Made by a program: the position numbers and the translations under genes. DNA of 64,000 bases from Planctomycetota bacterium (GTDB lineage: Bacteria > Planctomycetota > GCA-002687715 > CAIWVZ01): positions 544,001 to 608,000 of the forward strand of contig JBGANV010000001.1 in the NCBI GenBank assembly GCA_044222185.1. The letters run 5' to 3'. The stretch's first letter is position 1. Every line of letters starts with the position of its first letter. The notes under the pieces were generated by a model. That model was not told the DNA's origin. It ran no database searches and saw only the letters and a program-made list of their open reading frames with translations. Below are positions 19,648 through 29,745 of this stretch, in pieces.

Positions 19648-20352
19648 TCAGCCTGGCTTCCGGCCCGAGTGGTCGGGCGTGAGAAGGTCAGGACGTTTTT
19701 CCTTCGTGAGGCGCAGCGCTTCCTGGCGGCGCCAGGCCGCAATGCGTGCATGGTCACCGGAGCGCAAGACCTCCGGAACCTGCATGCCGCGGAACTCGGC
19801 GGGGCGGGTGAATTGCGGGTAGTCGAGGAGTCCTCCCTCGAACGATTCGAGTTCGGGAGACAGGTCGTGTCCCAGGACGCCTGGGAGCAGCCGCGTCACG
19901 GCGTCCAGGACGACCATCGCTGGAATCTCGCCGCCGGATAGGACGTAGTCGCCCACCGAGATCTCCTCGAAGGGCAGCCCCTGGCGGATGCGATCGTCGA
20001 ACCCCTCGTACCGCCCGCACAGGATCAGGAGGTGCGACTCTCGAGCGAGTTCGCGCGCCTTCGCCTGATCGAACGTGGCACCGCCCGGGGTCATGATCAG
20101 CATGCGTGGGCGGCTGGCGGAGGACGTGAGCAGATCGTCGATGCACTCGAAGATCGGTTCCGGCTTGAGGACCATGCCGGGTCCACCGCCGAACGGCTTG
20201 TCGTCCACGCTCTTGTGCGCGTCGCGCGCGAAGTCCCGGAAGTTGCGCAACGTGACGTCGAGGAGACCCTTCTCCCGCGCAATTCGGACCGTCCCCTCGG
20301 TCAGAAGACCGTTGAACATGCCCGGGAATAGGGTCAGGACGTCCACGCGCAT
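19648..20352 (-). CDS. trmD: tRNA (guanine37-N1)-methyltransferase
   Basis: VDDKPFGGGPGMV, CGRYEG.D.R, GDYVLSGGE, SGDHA. Confidence 0.98.
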   Translation of the reverse strand: MRVDVLTLFPGMFNGLLTEGTVRIAREKGLLDVTLRNFRDFARDAHKSVDDKPFGGGPGMVLKPEPIFECIDDLLTSSASRPRMLIMTPGGATFDQAKARELARESHLLILCGRYEGFDDRIRQGLPFEEISVGDYVLSGGEIPAMVVLDAVTRLLPGVLGHDLSPELESFEGGLLDYPQFTRPAEFRGMQVPEVLRSGDHARIAAWRRQEALRLTKEKRPDLLTPDHSGRKPG

Positions 20353-20592
20353 CCGGCGGCTCGCGTTCTCGTGACTGAATCGGAGTCCGACGGTCGCCAG
20401 GCGCCCGGGCGATCACGTGCTCTCACGATTCGACGAAGTGGGCGAAGATGTTACGTGCGAGCGCACCCCCATCAAGGAAATCCGCGGGCTTCAGGCGATC
20501 GGCGAACCACACCGTGGCGGGTCGGCAAGTCCTTTGGGCAACGCCGGTTGGTTTGTTGAGCGGCGTTCGGGCCGCCCGTAGCATCGCGGCCC

Positions 20593-21189
20593 ATGTTCAC
20601 GGGCATCGTCGAGGGGCTCCGGACGGTCGTCGGCGTCGACGCGGGGCCGGGTTGGACCAAGATCCGCGTCGATCTGGGCGAATCCGCCGCCGGCGTCCGC
20701 CTGGGGGACTCCGTTGCCATCGACGGGTGCTGCTTGACGGTCGAAGGCCTCGTGGGCACCGTCGCGGGGTTCCACCTCCTCGGGGAAACCGTCCAGCGGA
20801 CGACCTTCGGAGCCCTCCGTTCCGGGTCCCTGGTGAACGTGGAGCGCAGCCTGAAGGTGGGGGACCAGCTCGGCGGGCATTTCGTTTCGGGTCACGTGGA
20901 CGGCACGGCCCCCGTCGTCTCGAAGGTCGAGGCTCCTGACCAGACGGTGCTGGCGGTGGACCTGCCGGCCGACCTCGCCGACCTGGTCGTGATGAAGGGA
21001 TCCATCACGTTCGACGGGGTTTCTCTCACGGTCATGGGGCTGGACGGGGCGCGGGTGAGCGTCGCGCTGATTCCGCACACCCTCGCGATCACCACGCTGG
21101 GGTCGAAGGGCGTGGGCGCTCGGGTGAACGTCGAGGTGGACATGATCGGGAAATGGGTCCGCCAGTTCGTGCCCCGAAGCACCCCCTGA
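20593..21189 (+). CDS. ribE: Riboflavin synthase alpha chain
   Basis: MFTGIV start, GDSVAIDGCCLTV, VNVER, GGHFVSGHVD, KGSI..DGVSLT. Confidence 0.97.
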   Translation: MFTGIVEGLRTVVGVDAGPGWTKIRVDLGESAAGVRLGDSVAIDGCCLTVEGLVGTVAGFHLLGETVQRTTFGALRSGSLVNVERSLKVGDQLGGHFVSGHVDGTAPVVSKVEAPDQTVLAVDLPADLADLVVMKGSITFDGVSLTVMGLDGARVSVALIPHTLAITTLGSKGVGARVNVEVDMIGKWVRQFVPRSTP

Positions 21190-21201
21190 CCCTCGGAGCT
21201 C

Positions 21202-21642
21202 CTACTTGGGCTCGTGGTAGAGCAGCGTCACCGGGCCGTCGTTTTGCGACTCGACGATCATGTGGGCGCCGAAGACGCCGGTCGCCACGGGCCCGGCGAG
21301 CGCCGACGCCTTCGCGACGAATCGTTCGTAGAGCTGTTTCGCCTGCACCGGCTCCAGTGCGCCGATGAACGCCGGGCGGCGCTGGCTGGTGTCGCCCAGC
21401 AGCGTGAACTGGGACACGACGAGCATGCGGCCGTCGACCTCTGCCAGCGACCGGTTCATTCGACCGTTCTCGTCGGCGAAGATGCGCGCCTGCGCGATGC
21501 GCAAAGCCAGCGCCTCGGCGATCGCGACGTCGTCGCCGGGCGCGGCACCGAGAAAGACGAGCAGCCCGCGTCCGATCTCACCGACGATCGCGCCGTCGAC
21601 GGTGACGCTGGCACGTAGTACGCGCTGCACGACGGCCTTCAT
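21202..21642 (-). CDS. dtd: D-aminoacyl-tRNA deacylase
   Basis: MKAVVQRV, SQFTL, FGAHM, NDGPVT. Confidence 0.97.
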   Translation of the reverse strand: MKAVVQRVLRASVTVDGAIVGEIGRGLLVFLGAAPGDDVAIAEALALRIAQARIFADENGRMNRSLAEVDGRMLVVSQFTLLGDTSQRRPAFIGALEPVQAKQLYERFVAKASALAGPVATGVFGAHMIVESQNDGPVTLLYHEPK

Positions 21643-22613
21643 TTCACCGGTCGCTCCAATTGATCGAGCCACAGCTTGACGCGATCGGTCTCGTCGCCGC
21701 CGAGGGCGAGGTAGCGCTTGAACGCTTCGATCGCGGACGCAGGGTCGTGGAGCTTGTCCGCGTAGAGGACGCCGAGATTGAAATGGACGTCCGGGTCGGT
21801 GGGTGCGAGTTCACGGGCGCGAAGCAGGAGTTTCTCCGCTTCGCTGGGATCGTCGGTCCGCATGCATGCGACGGCGTAGGCGACGAGCGTGGGAACGTCG
21901 GTTGGCTCGAGTCGCGACGCGGCGCGCAGATTCAGCCGTGCGTCGTTGGCGCCCGTGGGGCGATCGAGCAGGAGACGGCCCAGGTTGTAGCGGATCACGG
22001 GATCGGCCGGCGCCTGTGTCGCCGCCTTCGACAATGCGGTGATGGCGCCGTTCACGTCCTTCTGGGCGACGCGGCAGCGGGCGAGTCCGCGGAGCGCGCG
22101 TACGTTCCGGGCGTCGCGCTCGAGTGCCCTGGCGTAGGCTCGTTCGGCGCCGGCGAAACTCCCGCGGTCCTCCTGCAGCCGTGCGCTTGCCGACAGCGGC
22201 CAGGGACTCCGTCCGCCGGTCTCCTCGTCCAGCTTCGCGAGTTCGCGGTCCCGTGTCGCGGGGTCCACGGTCGCCTCGATGCGGAGCGTGCGCAGCGCGA
22301 TCACTCGGGCTGGATCACGTTCTGTCGTCGCTGCGGCGTCGATCTCGAACACGAGATCGGATTCCTTGCCTGCATCCGCGAGCGTCGCGGCCTGTTCGAG
22401 ACAGTCCAGGCGGACGCTCGGGTCTTTCGCCGCTGCGAGGAATGCCGTGAATGCGGCCGCTCGATCCCCACGCGCCAACACGGCATGTGCCGCGAGGTAG
22501 CCTGGGTTGCCTTCGGCTTCCGCAGGCGGTGCGTCTTCAGCGCCCGCTGGTCCCGCGCATCCCGTTGGGAGAACTGACAGGGCGGCGAGAAGGAATGCCC
22601 ACAGCCTCGTCAT
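21639..22613 (-). CDS. TPR lipoprotein
   Basis: Lipobox-like PTGC; TPR motifs (YNLG, HFNLGVLY, A...FKRYL); stop overlaps dtd start. Confidence 0.75.
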   Translation of the reverse strand: MTRLWAFLLAALSVLPTGCAGPAGAEDAPPAEAEGNPGYLAAHAVLARGDRAAAFTAFLAAAKDPSVRLDCLEQAATLADAGKESDLVFEIDAAATTERDPARVIALRTLRIEATVDPATRDRELAKLDEETGGRSPWPLSASARLQEDRGSFAGAERAYARALERDARNVRALRGLARCRVAQKDVNGAITALSKAATQAPADPVIRYNLGRLLLDRPTGANDARLNLRAASRLEPTDVPTLVAYAVACMRTDDPSEAEKLLLRARELAPTDPDVHFNLGVLYADKLHDPASAIEAFKRYLALGGDETDRVKLWLDQLERPVK

Positions 22614-23235
22614 CGAACGAGATGCTGGCGTTGTCGATCTTGCAGGCACCCGCCCGCGTGAGACTCGGTGAGCCGTTGTTGGAGTGCGCATCGATGTAGC
22701 TCACGTTGCCACGAGCCGTGACCTTGATGAAGGGCGTCACGTTCAGCCCGGAGCGCCAGAACACGATCTTGTCACGGGCGCGGATGTCCAGGTTGCGGAA
22801 CCACGCGCGTGGTCCTCCCACGGCCTCGGTGACCGTGCCACCGTTGTCCGGCCGCTGCGGGGCGACGCCGTCGCCGCTGAGGCTGACGTCCCACTCGTAA
22901 TTCTTGCTGACTTCGATCCGGACCTCGTCGGCCAGGAGAACGGCGGGTCGGTCGATCACGGCCTCGATCGCGCGGACCTCGGCCGGGACCTCCGAGTCGT
23001 CCGGCTTCATCGCCGACGGCCTGGGGCGCTCGGTCGTCGAGTCGGGCTGGGAGGCTTGGGCTGGTTGCGACGGAGTGGCCTCCGTCTCGCGAACCTGTTC
23101 GCGGACGTTTGCGGGCGCGTCCGTCACCATGTTGTCGCTTTGCGGCCGGGGGTCCTGGGTCCGCTGGGTGCGGCTCCCTGAACCGGCACATCCGGTCACG
23201 ATGATTCCGAGGACTACGGCCGACAGCAGGCGCAT
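22537..23235 (-). CDS. Hypothetical lipoprotein
   Basis: Lipobox IVTGC, low-complexity linker, beta-rich C-terminal domain. Confidence 0.65.
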   Translation of the reverse strand: MRLLSAVVLGIIVTGCAGSGSRTQRTQDPRPQSDNMVTDAPANVREQVRETEATPSQPAQASQPDSTTERPRPSAMKPDDSEVPAEVRAIEAVIDRPAVLLADEVRIEVSKNYEWDVSLSGDGVAPQRPDNGGTVTEAVGGPRAWFRNLDIRARDKIVFWRSGLNVTPFIKVTARGNVSYIDAHSNNGSPSLTRAGACKIDNASISFDDEAVGIPSRRPVSSPNGMRGTSGR

Positions 23236-23324
23236 GGCGTTTCGCATGGATTCCCCCGGCGGTGGATCGGTGCAAAGAGACCGCCGCCTGCAGCATCATC
23301 GGCCGGGAAAACCGGTGACTTGAG

Positions 23325-23855
23325 TCACTTTCCGTCGACTTGGAATCGCGGGTCGAGAGCAGGGTCGAACATGGCACAGAGGGCGAGGGCGAGCGCGTCG
23401 GCGGCGTCGTGGGGCGTGGGAAGCGCATCGAGCCGGAGCTCCCGGGCCACGGCGTCCTGTACCTGGTGTTTCTCCGCGCCGCCGAACCCGGTGACCGACT
23501 TCTTCACGAGGCGCGTGGGGTACTCGATCACGGGAACACCCTTGTCGGCGGCGGCGACGAGCACCACGGCGCGGGCCTCGCCGATTCGCAGGGTGGATTG
23601 GGGGTTCTTGTGGAAGAACGTCTGTTCCAGGGCGACGAGGTCCGGCCCGTGGTGCGCGATCAGCGCGCGGACCTGCTGGAAGAGGTAGTGGAGCTTCTCC
23701 GCCGTCGTTCCGTCCCGCGGCGGCTGAAATGCCCCGTGGTCGACCCGGCGGAACTGCCCGCGCACGCGGCCGACGACTCCGAATCCCATGGATCGGGTTC
23801 CGGGATCGATGCCGACGATCACGAGCGGTTCGCGGCGCGACAGGCCTTCGAGCAT
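23325..23855 (-). CDS. ruvC: Holliday junction resolvase RuvC
   Basis: GIDPG, ALE..F, VKKSVTG.G.A.K.QV, DAADALALA. Confidence 0.96.
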   Translation of the reverse strand: MLEGLSRREPLVIVGIDPGTRSMGFGVVGRVRGQFRRVDHGAFQPPRDGTTAEKLHYLFQQVRALIAHHGPDLVALEQTFFHKNPQSTLRIGEARAVVLVAAADKGVPVIEYPTRLVKKSVTGFGGAEKHQVQDAVARELRLDALPTPHDAADALALALCAMFDPALDPRFQVDGK

Positions 23856-23896
23856 GGGCTCGAAGGTATCACGCCGCGCCCCGCGAGGGCCGGGCG

Positions 23897-25738
23897 TCAG
23901 GGCGACGGATTCACCACGAGGAGGTAATCGCCGGACGACCAGGAGAACCAGGCGAGAACCCGGATTCGGAAGGTCCCCGTGAACGGCGCCGTGAAGGCGG
24001 ACGTCGGCGACGTGCCGCCGACCATCGCGTTCAGTCCCGGGCCGCCGTTCTGGTCGGCCGCGAGGTAGGGGCCGAGAGTGCCTGCCTGGACGATCCGGAT
24101 CTCCGGGTCGAGGGGCGACGGCGCCAGGAAGAACGACGTGGTGATCCGGCCCGTGAACGGATCCAGCGCGTACACCTCGACGGTGATCGACTGTCCCGCG
24201 ACCAGGTCGATGTCGACGTCGTCGGTGTCGAGGCCGTTCGCGAGCGACCCGCGCATGGCGAGCCCGGTCGACACGCTGGGGATCGTCCCTTCGGTCTCGA
24301 CCATGTCGAGGAAGCCGTGGACGCAGAGGAATGTGTCCACCAGATCACCGCCGTACGCCGTCGTGCCCAGCGGCGCGACTACGTTCAACGGCCCCGACCG
24401 GGCGTTGAGCGGCACGGTGAACTCGATGCGTCCCTGCGTGACGAGGGACGGCGCGATCGAGAGCCCGTTCAGCAGGACCTCGTGGGTCTGCGCCTGCGCA
24501 GGGTCGAAGCCGGAGCCGTAGATCGTGACGACGTCGCCTGGGCGCGCTTCGTTCGGGAAGATCGACTGCACGGTCACGGGCGTCTGCGTCGACGGCCGCG
24601 TGCCGACGACCAGCAGGTAGGGACCGCTCGATGCACTGGAGAACGTGTCCACCTGCACGATCAGGTCTTCGGAGGTGTCGGCGACGAAATGCACGGTCGA
24701 TCCGACGGTGCCAATCCCGGCCGCGAGTTGCGGGCCCGAGTCGTCGTCGCTGAGAATCGTGACCGGGAGCGAGGGGAACCTCCGGATCCGCACGAGCGGA
24801 TCGATGAAGTTCGTCTGCGAGTTCTGGTAAGTCGTGACCCGGAACACCGTGCCGTCCCACGGGTACAACTCGGCGTAGACCTCGTCGCCCGGCTCGACGT
24901 GAAGAGTGAAGTCCCGTGGTACGCCCACACCGACGGTCCCGATGATGCTCGTCGGGCCCGTGATGACCGCGGGTGCGGTCTGATCGGTGACGATGAGCGC
25001 TGGCGCAGCCACGATCCAGGTCGTGAGGGAATCCACGGACGTCGGGGTGATGCCGTGAGCGGTCTCAACGGTGATCACGCCGGATTGCGCTTGCAGCGGG
25101 AGCGTGCAGACGATCTCCGTTTCTGTCGCCGCGACGACCGTGCAAAGGACGTCGTTGACGCGGACGACCGTGCCGCCCGGTGTCGTCGAGAAGTTGCTTC
25201 CATACACCGTGAACTGCCCGCCTGGAGCGAGGAAGTTCGGGTCGACGAGCGTCACGGTCGGGGGCGGGACCGCGTATTCGAGCGTCACCGCGTTCGTGAG
25301 GCTCAGTCCATAGGGGTTCGATGGATCCGCGATCAACCCTTGCATCGGGTAGTGATCCGCCAGGCCCTGCTGGTTCACGCCGAACGGAACCACGATGATC
25401 GTGAACGGCGAACCCGTCGAGGGGATCGACGACGACGCATAGAACGGGTGAGTCGCGTCGAACCCGTCGAGGAACAGGAACGCGTCCTGGTGGCGCGGGT
25501 CGGCCAGCAAAGTACCGTACTGCGTCACCTCGAAGGTCGATGCCTCGGACACGAGGACCGCGAACGGAGCGTTCGCCGTTCCGTTGACGTGGAACACCGT
25601 CGCTTCACCACCGGTGAACACACGAGGTGAGGTCTGTTGTCCGCTGAAATCGATCGACCCTTGCGCCACGACAGCAGGCGCGATGAGCACAACGCAGATG
25701 AACAGTGCAGTGACGAATGGCCTGAAGGACTCGCGCAT
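23897..25738 (-). CDS. Secreted protein with IPT/TIG and PPC-like domains
   Basis: Signal peptide; two IPT units (PGGQFTVYGSNF; PGDVVTIYGSGF), each followed by a PPC-like unit (DP....DDDSG...SG.YLL); GGAGG RBS. Confidence 0.8.
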   Translation of the reverse strand: MRESFRPFVTALFICVVLIAPAVVAQGSIDFSGQQTSPRVFTGGEATVFHVNGTANAPFAVLVSEASTFEVTQYGTLLADPRHQDAFLFLDGFDATHPFYASSSIPSTGSPFTIIVVPFGVNQQGLADHYPMQGLIADPSNPYGLSLTNAVTLEYAVPPPTVTLVDPNFLAPGGQFTVYGSNFSTTPGGTVVRVNDVLCTVVAATETEIVCTLPLQAQSGVITVETAHGITPTSVDSLTTWIVAAPALIVTDQTAPAVITGPTSIIGTVGVGVPRDFTLHVEPGDEVYAELYPWDGTVFRVTTYQNSQTNFIDPLVRIRRFPSLPVTILSDDDSGPQLAAGIGTVGSTVHFVADTSEDLIVQVDTFSSASSGPYLLVVGTRPSTQTPVTVQSIFPNEARPGDVVTIYGSGFDPAQAQTHEVLLNGLSIAPSLVTQGRIEFTVPLNARSGPLNVVAPLGTTAYGGDLVDTFLCVHGFLDMVETEGTIPSVSTGLAMRGSLANGLDTDDVDIDLVAGQSITVEVYALDPFTGRITTSFFLAPSPLDPEIRIVQAGTLGPYLAADQNGGPGLNAMVGGTSPTSAFTAPFTGTFRIRVLAWFSWSSGDYLLVVNPSP

Positions 25739-25930
25739 GGAGGACCTCCTCTCCGCAGCCCGAAACAGAAGAATCGGTGGCCCCTCGACGCCAGACGAGG
25801 GCCACCGCTTACAGGAAAACTCTTCGGGTTTCTTCCTCCGTGGCGATAAGCCCATCCTTTCGAGAAAAGAGACGCGTTCTTCGCGGCTCGAAGCCACGCT
25901 CAGTTGCATGTTCAGTGCGCGGGGTGTGTT

Positions 25931-27097
25931 GTGAGCGCCGCCGTCGTCATCGTGGGAGCCGGTTCAGGGACGAGGCTCGGAGGCTCCGTGAGGAAGGCGC
26001 TCGTCGCATTCGACGGTGAGACACTCGTCGAGCGGTCGGCGCGTGCCTTCGCGGATGTCGGCGGGATCAGCGATCGGGTCGTCGTACTTCACGCGGACGA
26101 CCTGGCGGCGTGTGAGGACAGCGGGCTGTCGGCACGGCTGCGCCGCCTGGGCGTACGCGCGATCGTTGCTGGCGGCGCGACGCGGCAGGATTCAGCGCTG
26201 TCGGGCGTTCGGGCGACCGATCCCACGGTGCGTGACGTGCTCGTGCACGATGCGGCGCGCGCGTTCGTCAAACGGGAGCGCATCGCGGATCTGCTCCGTG
26301 CGCTCGATTCCTGCGACGCCGCGCTCCTCGCCACGCCGATGGCCGCGACGGTCAAGCGTGTCGACTCGAAACGTCACGTCGTCGAAACGGTTCCTCGTTC
26401 GGATCTTTGGCAGGCGACGACGCCGCAGGGGGGGCGCCGGGCACTCATGATGAAGCTCCTGGAGGACGCGGCGAGTTCCGGCCGGGCGGTCACCGACGAG
26501 GCATCCCTGTTCGAGGCTGCAGGAATCGCGCCACGGGTCGTGGAGGACGACGGCACGAATCTGAAGATCACCTGGCCCGCGGACCTGGCGCTCGCGCGCG
26601 GCCTCGTTCCTCCGCCGCTTCCGCGCGTCGGGCACGGGTACGACATCCATCGGCTCGTCGAGGGACGCAAGCTCGTCCTCGGCGGCGTCGAGATTCCATC
26701 GCCGCTCGGACTCCTCGGACACAGCGATGCGGACGTTCTCCTGCATGCCGTCATCGAGGCCATGCTCGGTGCGGCGGGACTGCCCGACATCGGCGAGCAT
26801 TTCCCGGACACGGACCCACGGTTCAAAGGCATCGCGTCGACCGAGCTGCTGCGGGTGACCATCGACGAGCTTCGTGCGCGAGGGTTGCGCGTTGCGCAGG
26901 TCGACTGCTCGATCGTCGCCGAACGACCCAAGCTCATGCCGCACAAGGCGCGCATCCGCGAGTCGCTGCAGACGCTCCTCGCGTTGCCCGCGGACCGCGT
27001 CGCGGTGAAGGCGCGCACGAACGAGGGGCTCGATGCCATCGGGCGGGGAGAGGCCATGGCGACGCACTGCGTCGCCGTCGTCGTGCCCGTCGCCTGA
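25931..27097 (+). CDS. ispDF: Bifunctional IspD/IspF
   Basis: GAGSGTRLG..K, HDAAR, TPQ, NLKIT; then GHGYDIH, GHSDADV, DIGEHFP. Confidence 0.95.
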   Translation: MSAAVVIVGAGSGTRLGGSVRKALVAFDGETLVERSARAFADVGGISDRVVVLHADDLAACEDSGLSARLRRLGVRAIVAGGATRQDSALSGVRATDPTVRDVLVHDAARAFVKRERIADLLRALDSCDAALLATPMAATVKRVDSKRHVVETVPRSDLWQATTPQGGRRALMMKLLEDAASSGRAVTDEASLFEAAGIAPRVVEDDGTNLKITWPADLALARGLVPPPLPRVGHGYDIHRLVEGRKLVLGGVEIPSPLGLLGHSDADVLLHAVIEAMLGAAGLPDIGEHFPDTDPRFKGIASTELLRVTIDELRARGLRVAQVDCSIVAERPKLMPHKARIRESLQTLLALPADRVAVKARTNEGLDAIGRGEAMATHCVAVVVPVA

Positions 27098-27100
27098 AAG

Positions 27101-27337
27101 TCAGCCCGTTCTTGCAGACCGCGTTTTCAGTATCGACGTGACCTCGCCCGGTTGGGGAAACCGGCCGGTTGCCTTCTTGGAGTAGATCAATTCGTCTCCG
27201 AGGCGCACCTCGAAGATGCCGCCCGTGCCCTTGATCATGGTGGCCTGGACGCGGAATTCCGCTGCGAGTTCAGCCGCCAGACTGGCGGCGTAGGGGTAGT
27301 AGTTTCACTGCGTGCAGTAGGTGATCGAGATCTTCAT
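27101..27337 (-). CDS. SelT/SelW/SelH (Rdx) family selenoprotein, 78 aa, Sec at codon 11
   Basis: Manual translation MKISITYCTQ-TGA-NYYPYAASLAAELAAEFRVQATMIKGTGGIFEVRLGDELIYSKKATGRFPQPGEVTSILKTRSARTG; GAGG RBS; frame open on both sides of the TGA. Confidence 0.9.
27273..27289 (-). promoter_or_regulatory. Candidate bacterial SECIS hairpin
   Basis: GCCGCCA-GTC-TGGCGGC, starting 15 nt 3' of the in-frame UGA, G first in the loop. Confidence 0.7.
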
Positions 27338-27444
27338 CGGTCCTCGCTTTCGTGGGGCGACTGTACGTACGGAGCGGGTGCCCCAAAGTCAGCCTCGACC
27401 CGAGACGCACCGACGCCACGTCTCGTCTTCTGCCTCGGGCCTCC

Positions 27445-27472
27445 TTGACTCGCCGCCGCCGTTCTGGAAAAT
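27445..27472 (+). promoter_or_regulatory. Possible sigma70-like promoter for tRNA-Gly(CCC)
   Basis: TTGACT-N16-GAAAAT, 12 nt before the tRNA. Confidence 0.45.
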
Positions 27473-27484
27473 GAGCGCCGCTCT

Positions 27485-27559
<75 letters not shown>

Positions 27560-27593
27560 CGCGCAGGTCTTCGATGCTTCGGAGGCCTGCGCG
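27560..27593 (+). terminator. Hairpin after tRNA-Gly(CCC)
   Basis: CGCGCAGGTCTTCGA-TGCT-TCGGAGGCCTGCGCG followed by GTTT. Confidence 0.55.
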
Positions 27594-27977
27594 GTTTCGT
27601 CTGAGTGCCGCGCATTCGCGGCCGGGCGGTCGAGGTTGAGCTCCCGCCTGGAATTCCGGCACTCTCTCGTTCGCGGCCGCTCGCACCGCGAAGCGGCAGC
27701 ACGGACCCGTTGACCATCGGAACGCGACGTTCGGGCCGGATGGGACGCAGTGAGTGGATCTCCATCGCCGAGAGATGGGGCGCGTCCGCGCCCGCGGCAT
27801 CGTCGGTCGGGCGCGCGGCTGCCACCTCGCCGGGACTGCGAGCCGCGAACGGGGGAAGGTCATGGCGACCCGGCCGCGGTCGTTCACCGACGAGAACGGC
27901 GGTCGTGCGAACCCGCTCCACACGCCGTCGCGAATGTCCGTGGGGCGGGGAACTCGGGCGGCACCGTGGTCGCCGTG

Positions 27978-28796
27978 TCAGTGGATCCGGTCGAATGTCG
28001 TGCCGTTGAACTTGAACACGCCGTTCCCTGTGGGCCACAGGTCACCGTGGCGATCGGTGTAGATCGCCATGACGTCCTTGGTCGTCAGTCCGTCTTGGGC
28101 CGAGAAGTTCGTCAACGACTTGCCGTCGTATCGCCAGGCACCGTGGTCGATGGTGCCGAACCAGATGTCCCCGGCGCGGTCTTCTCCCATCGAGAACACG
28201 CGATGCAACGAGGGGCAACCCTCCGTCACGTCCCCAGGCCGTGGCTTCACGCGCGCACCCCGAGGGTCTGGCCTGCCAAGCCCCTTCTCCTGGGTGAATC
28301 GGTTGGCGGGGTTGCCATCGCGCAGGATCACCCCGATCCCATTGCTCCCGATCCAGACGTCGCCCTTGCTGTCCTCGAGCACGCAGCGGACGTGAAGCGA
28401 ACCGGTGTTCTCGTCGAGTCCCAGGCTCTTGTCGTCGATGACCGTGAAGGACTCTCCGTCGTAACCGATCACCGCGTCGTACGTGGCGAACCGCAGCCTC
28501 CCGTATTTCCCTCGCGCCATGCCCGTGGTCGCGTACGCCGCCACCTCACTCGAACTTCCGAACCAGTAGTTCCCCCTGCTGTCTTCGAGGATCGAGCGCA
28601 CGGTCTCGAAACGGAGTCGTGCACGTGGGTCGGGGACACCCTGGCTCAGCGTCGTTGTCGCCATCTCCGGGTTCGACGTGCACGATGCGGCGCCGACGAG
28701 GACGAGCGTGATGAACGCCGCCAGAGCTCGCGCACTTCCATGCAGCCGCGGGCCTTCACGGGCCGCACGTTGCGAAGGCGCGGTCGTACGCCGCAT
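27978..28796 (-). CDS. Two-component-regulator propeller (Reg_prop) repeat protein, possibly internally deleted; start uncertain
   Basis: Repeats VRSILEDSRGNYWFG, VRCVLEDSKGDVWIG, VFSMGEDRAGDIWFGT, VMAIYTDRHGDLW; lipobox-like AASC. Confidence 0.7.
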   Translation of the reverse strand: MRRTTAPSQRAAREGPRLHGSARALAAFITLVLVGAASCTSNPEMATTTLSQGVPDPRARLRFETVRSILEDSRGNYWFGSSSEVAAYATTGMARGKYGRLRFATYDAVIGYDGESFTVIDDKSLGLDENTGSLHVRCVLEDSKGDVWIGSNGIGVILRDGNPANRFTQEKGLGRPDPRGARVKPRPGDVTEGCPSLHRVFSMGEDRAGDIWFGTIDHGAWRYDGKSLTNFSAQDGLTTKDVMAIYTDRHGDLWPTGNGVFKFNGTTFDRIH

Positions 28797-29289
28797 CCGC
28801 CGTGACGGCCCCGGCTCGCGCATTCGCGGAGCGCGGTTGCAAACCAGCGCTGGCTGCTGCGGCGCATCCCGCTCGCGACGTGCGGCTCGGCATCGCTCGG
28901 GACGGAGTGCGTCGTCTCCGGACGGCGATGTCGCGATTTCTGCCCACATCGGAGCGATGGGGGCTCCTACTGGATGCGAGCGATCGGGCACGAGTTCTCT
29001 GAGCGTCGGCGTCGAGCAACGCGCGTGGCTCGGAGTTGCCGTCACGGAGCCGCTGTCCGCGACGGAGGGGCGAATGAACCGCTCCGAGCGTTTCAATTCG
29101 CGGATTGGTCGTCGCAGGCGGACCGCACCCGCGCGGGGTGTTCGGAACACCCCGGTCCATGCTCCCGTGGCGGGCTCCATGCGGCACCGACCACCGGCGA
29201 AGCGGAAGGTGCGCGCGGCACAGAGGTGCTGGCCCGCGTGAGGATGAGCAAGAGGTCATTCGGCCGCTTCCTACGCGCCCGGCACCGAA

Positions 29290-29745
29290 TCAGCGGAACA
29301 GGTCTGCAGCGCCATCGATCTCGCGCGCATTGGTTTCGACGAACGCGAAGAGAAGTGCCGTGAGGTCGTCGGGATACGCGTAGAACTCATCATCGAGGCG
29401 TTCCAGCCGGGCTCGTTGGTCGTCGTCGAGCGAGTCGAGGAGGCATTGACGCGCGGATTGGTCGGACGGGGGAATCCCTCCGGGGAAGACGGCGTTCGCC
29501 GCGCGGACGATTCGTGCGGCTCGGGTCGCACCGATCTTCTCGAGGGCCTCGACGACGAAGAACGCCGTGTCGCCGCTGCTGTTGAAGAAGTACTGGTGGA
29601 AGCCGCCGTTGTTCACCTCGTCTTCGAGCGCCCAGATCGACGCGAAGATTTTCTCCGCGGCTCGCAGGTCGGCGAATGTGACCTTCGAGAATCGTCCGGT
29701 CACCGAGAGTCCAGCCAGGCGTTTCGCTTTGGTGTCGGGGGACAT
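29290..29745 (-). CDS. DMP19 / DUF4375 family protein
   Basis: EVNNGGFHQYFFNSSG, ALEKIGA, LDDEFY; acidic. Confidence 0.85.
   Translation of the reverse strand: MSPDTKAKRLAGLSVTGRFSKVTFADLRAAEKIFASIWALEDEVNNGGFHQYFFNSSGDTAFFVVEALEKIGATRAARIVRAANAVFPGGIPPSDQSARQCLLDSLDDDQRARLERLDDEFYAYPDDLTALLFAFVETNAREIDGAADLFR

Noticed and set aside
20353-20592. Possible FMN riboswitch upstream of riboflavin synthase
   Set aside because: No RFN consensus blocks recognisable; it looks like a plain divergent promoter region.
22537-22613. 77-bp same-strand overlap between lipoprotein and TPR genes, suggesting a frameshift
   Set aside because: Each gene has its own signal peptide and lipobox; a run-on C-terminal tail explains the overlap.
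25931-27097. IspD-IspF fusion (also the SecD-SecF fusion)
   Set aside because: Both fusions are well known and widespread.
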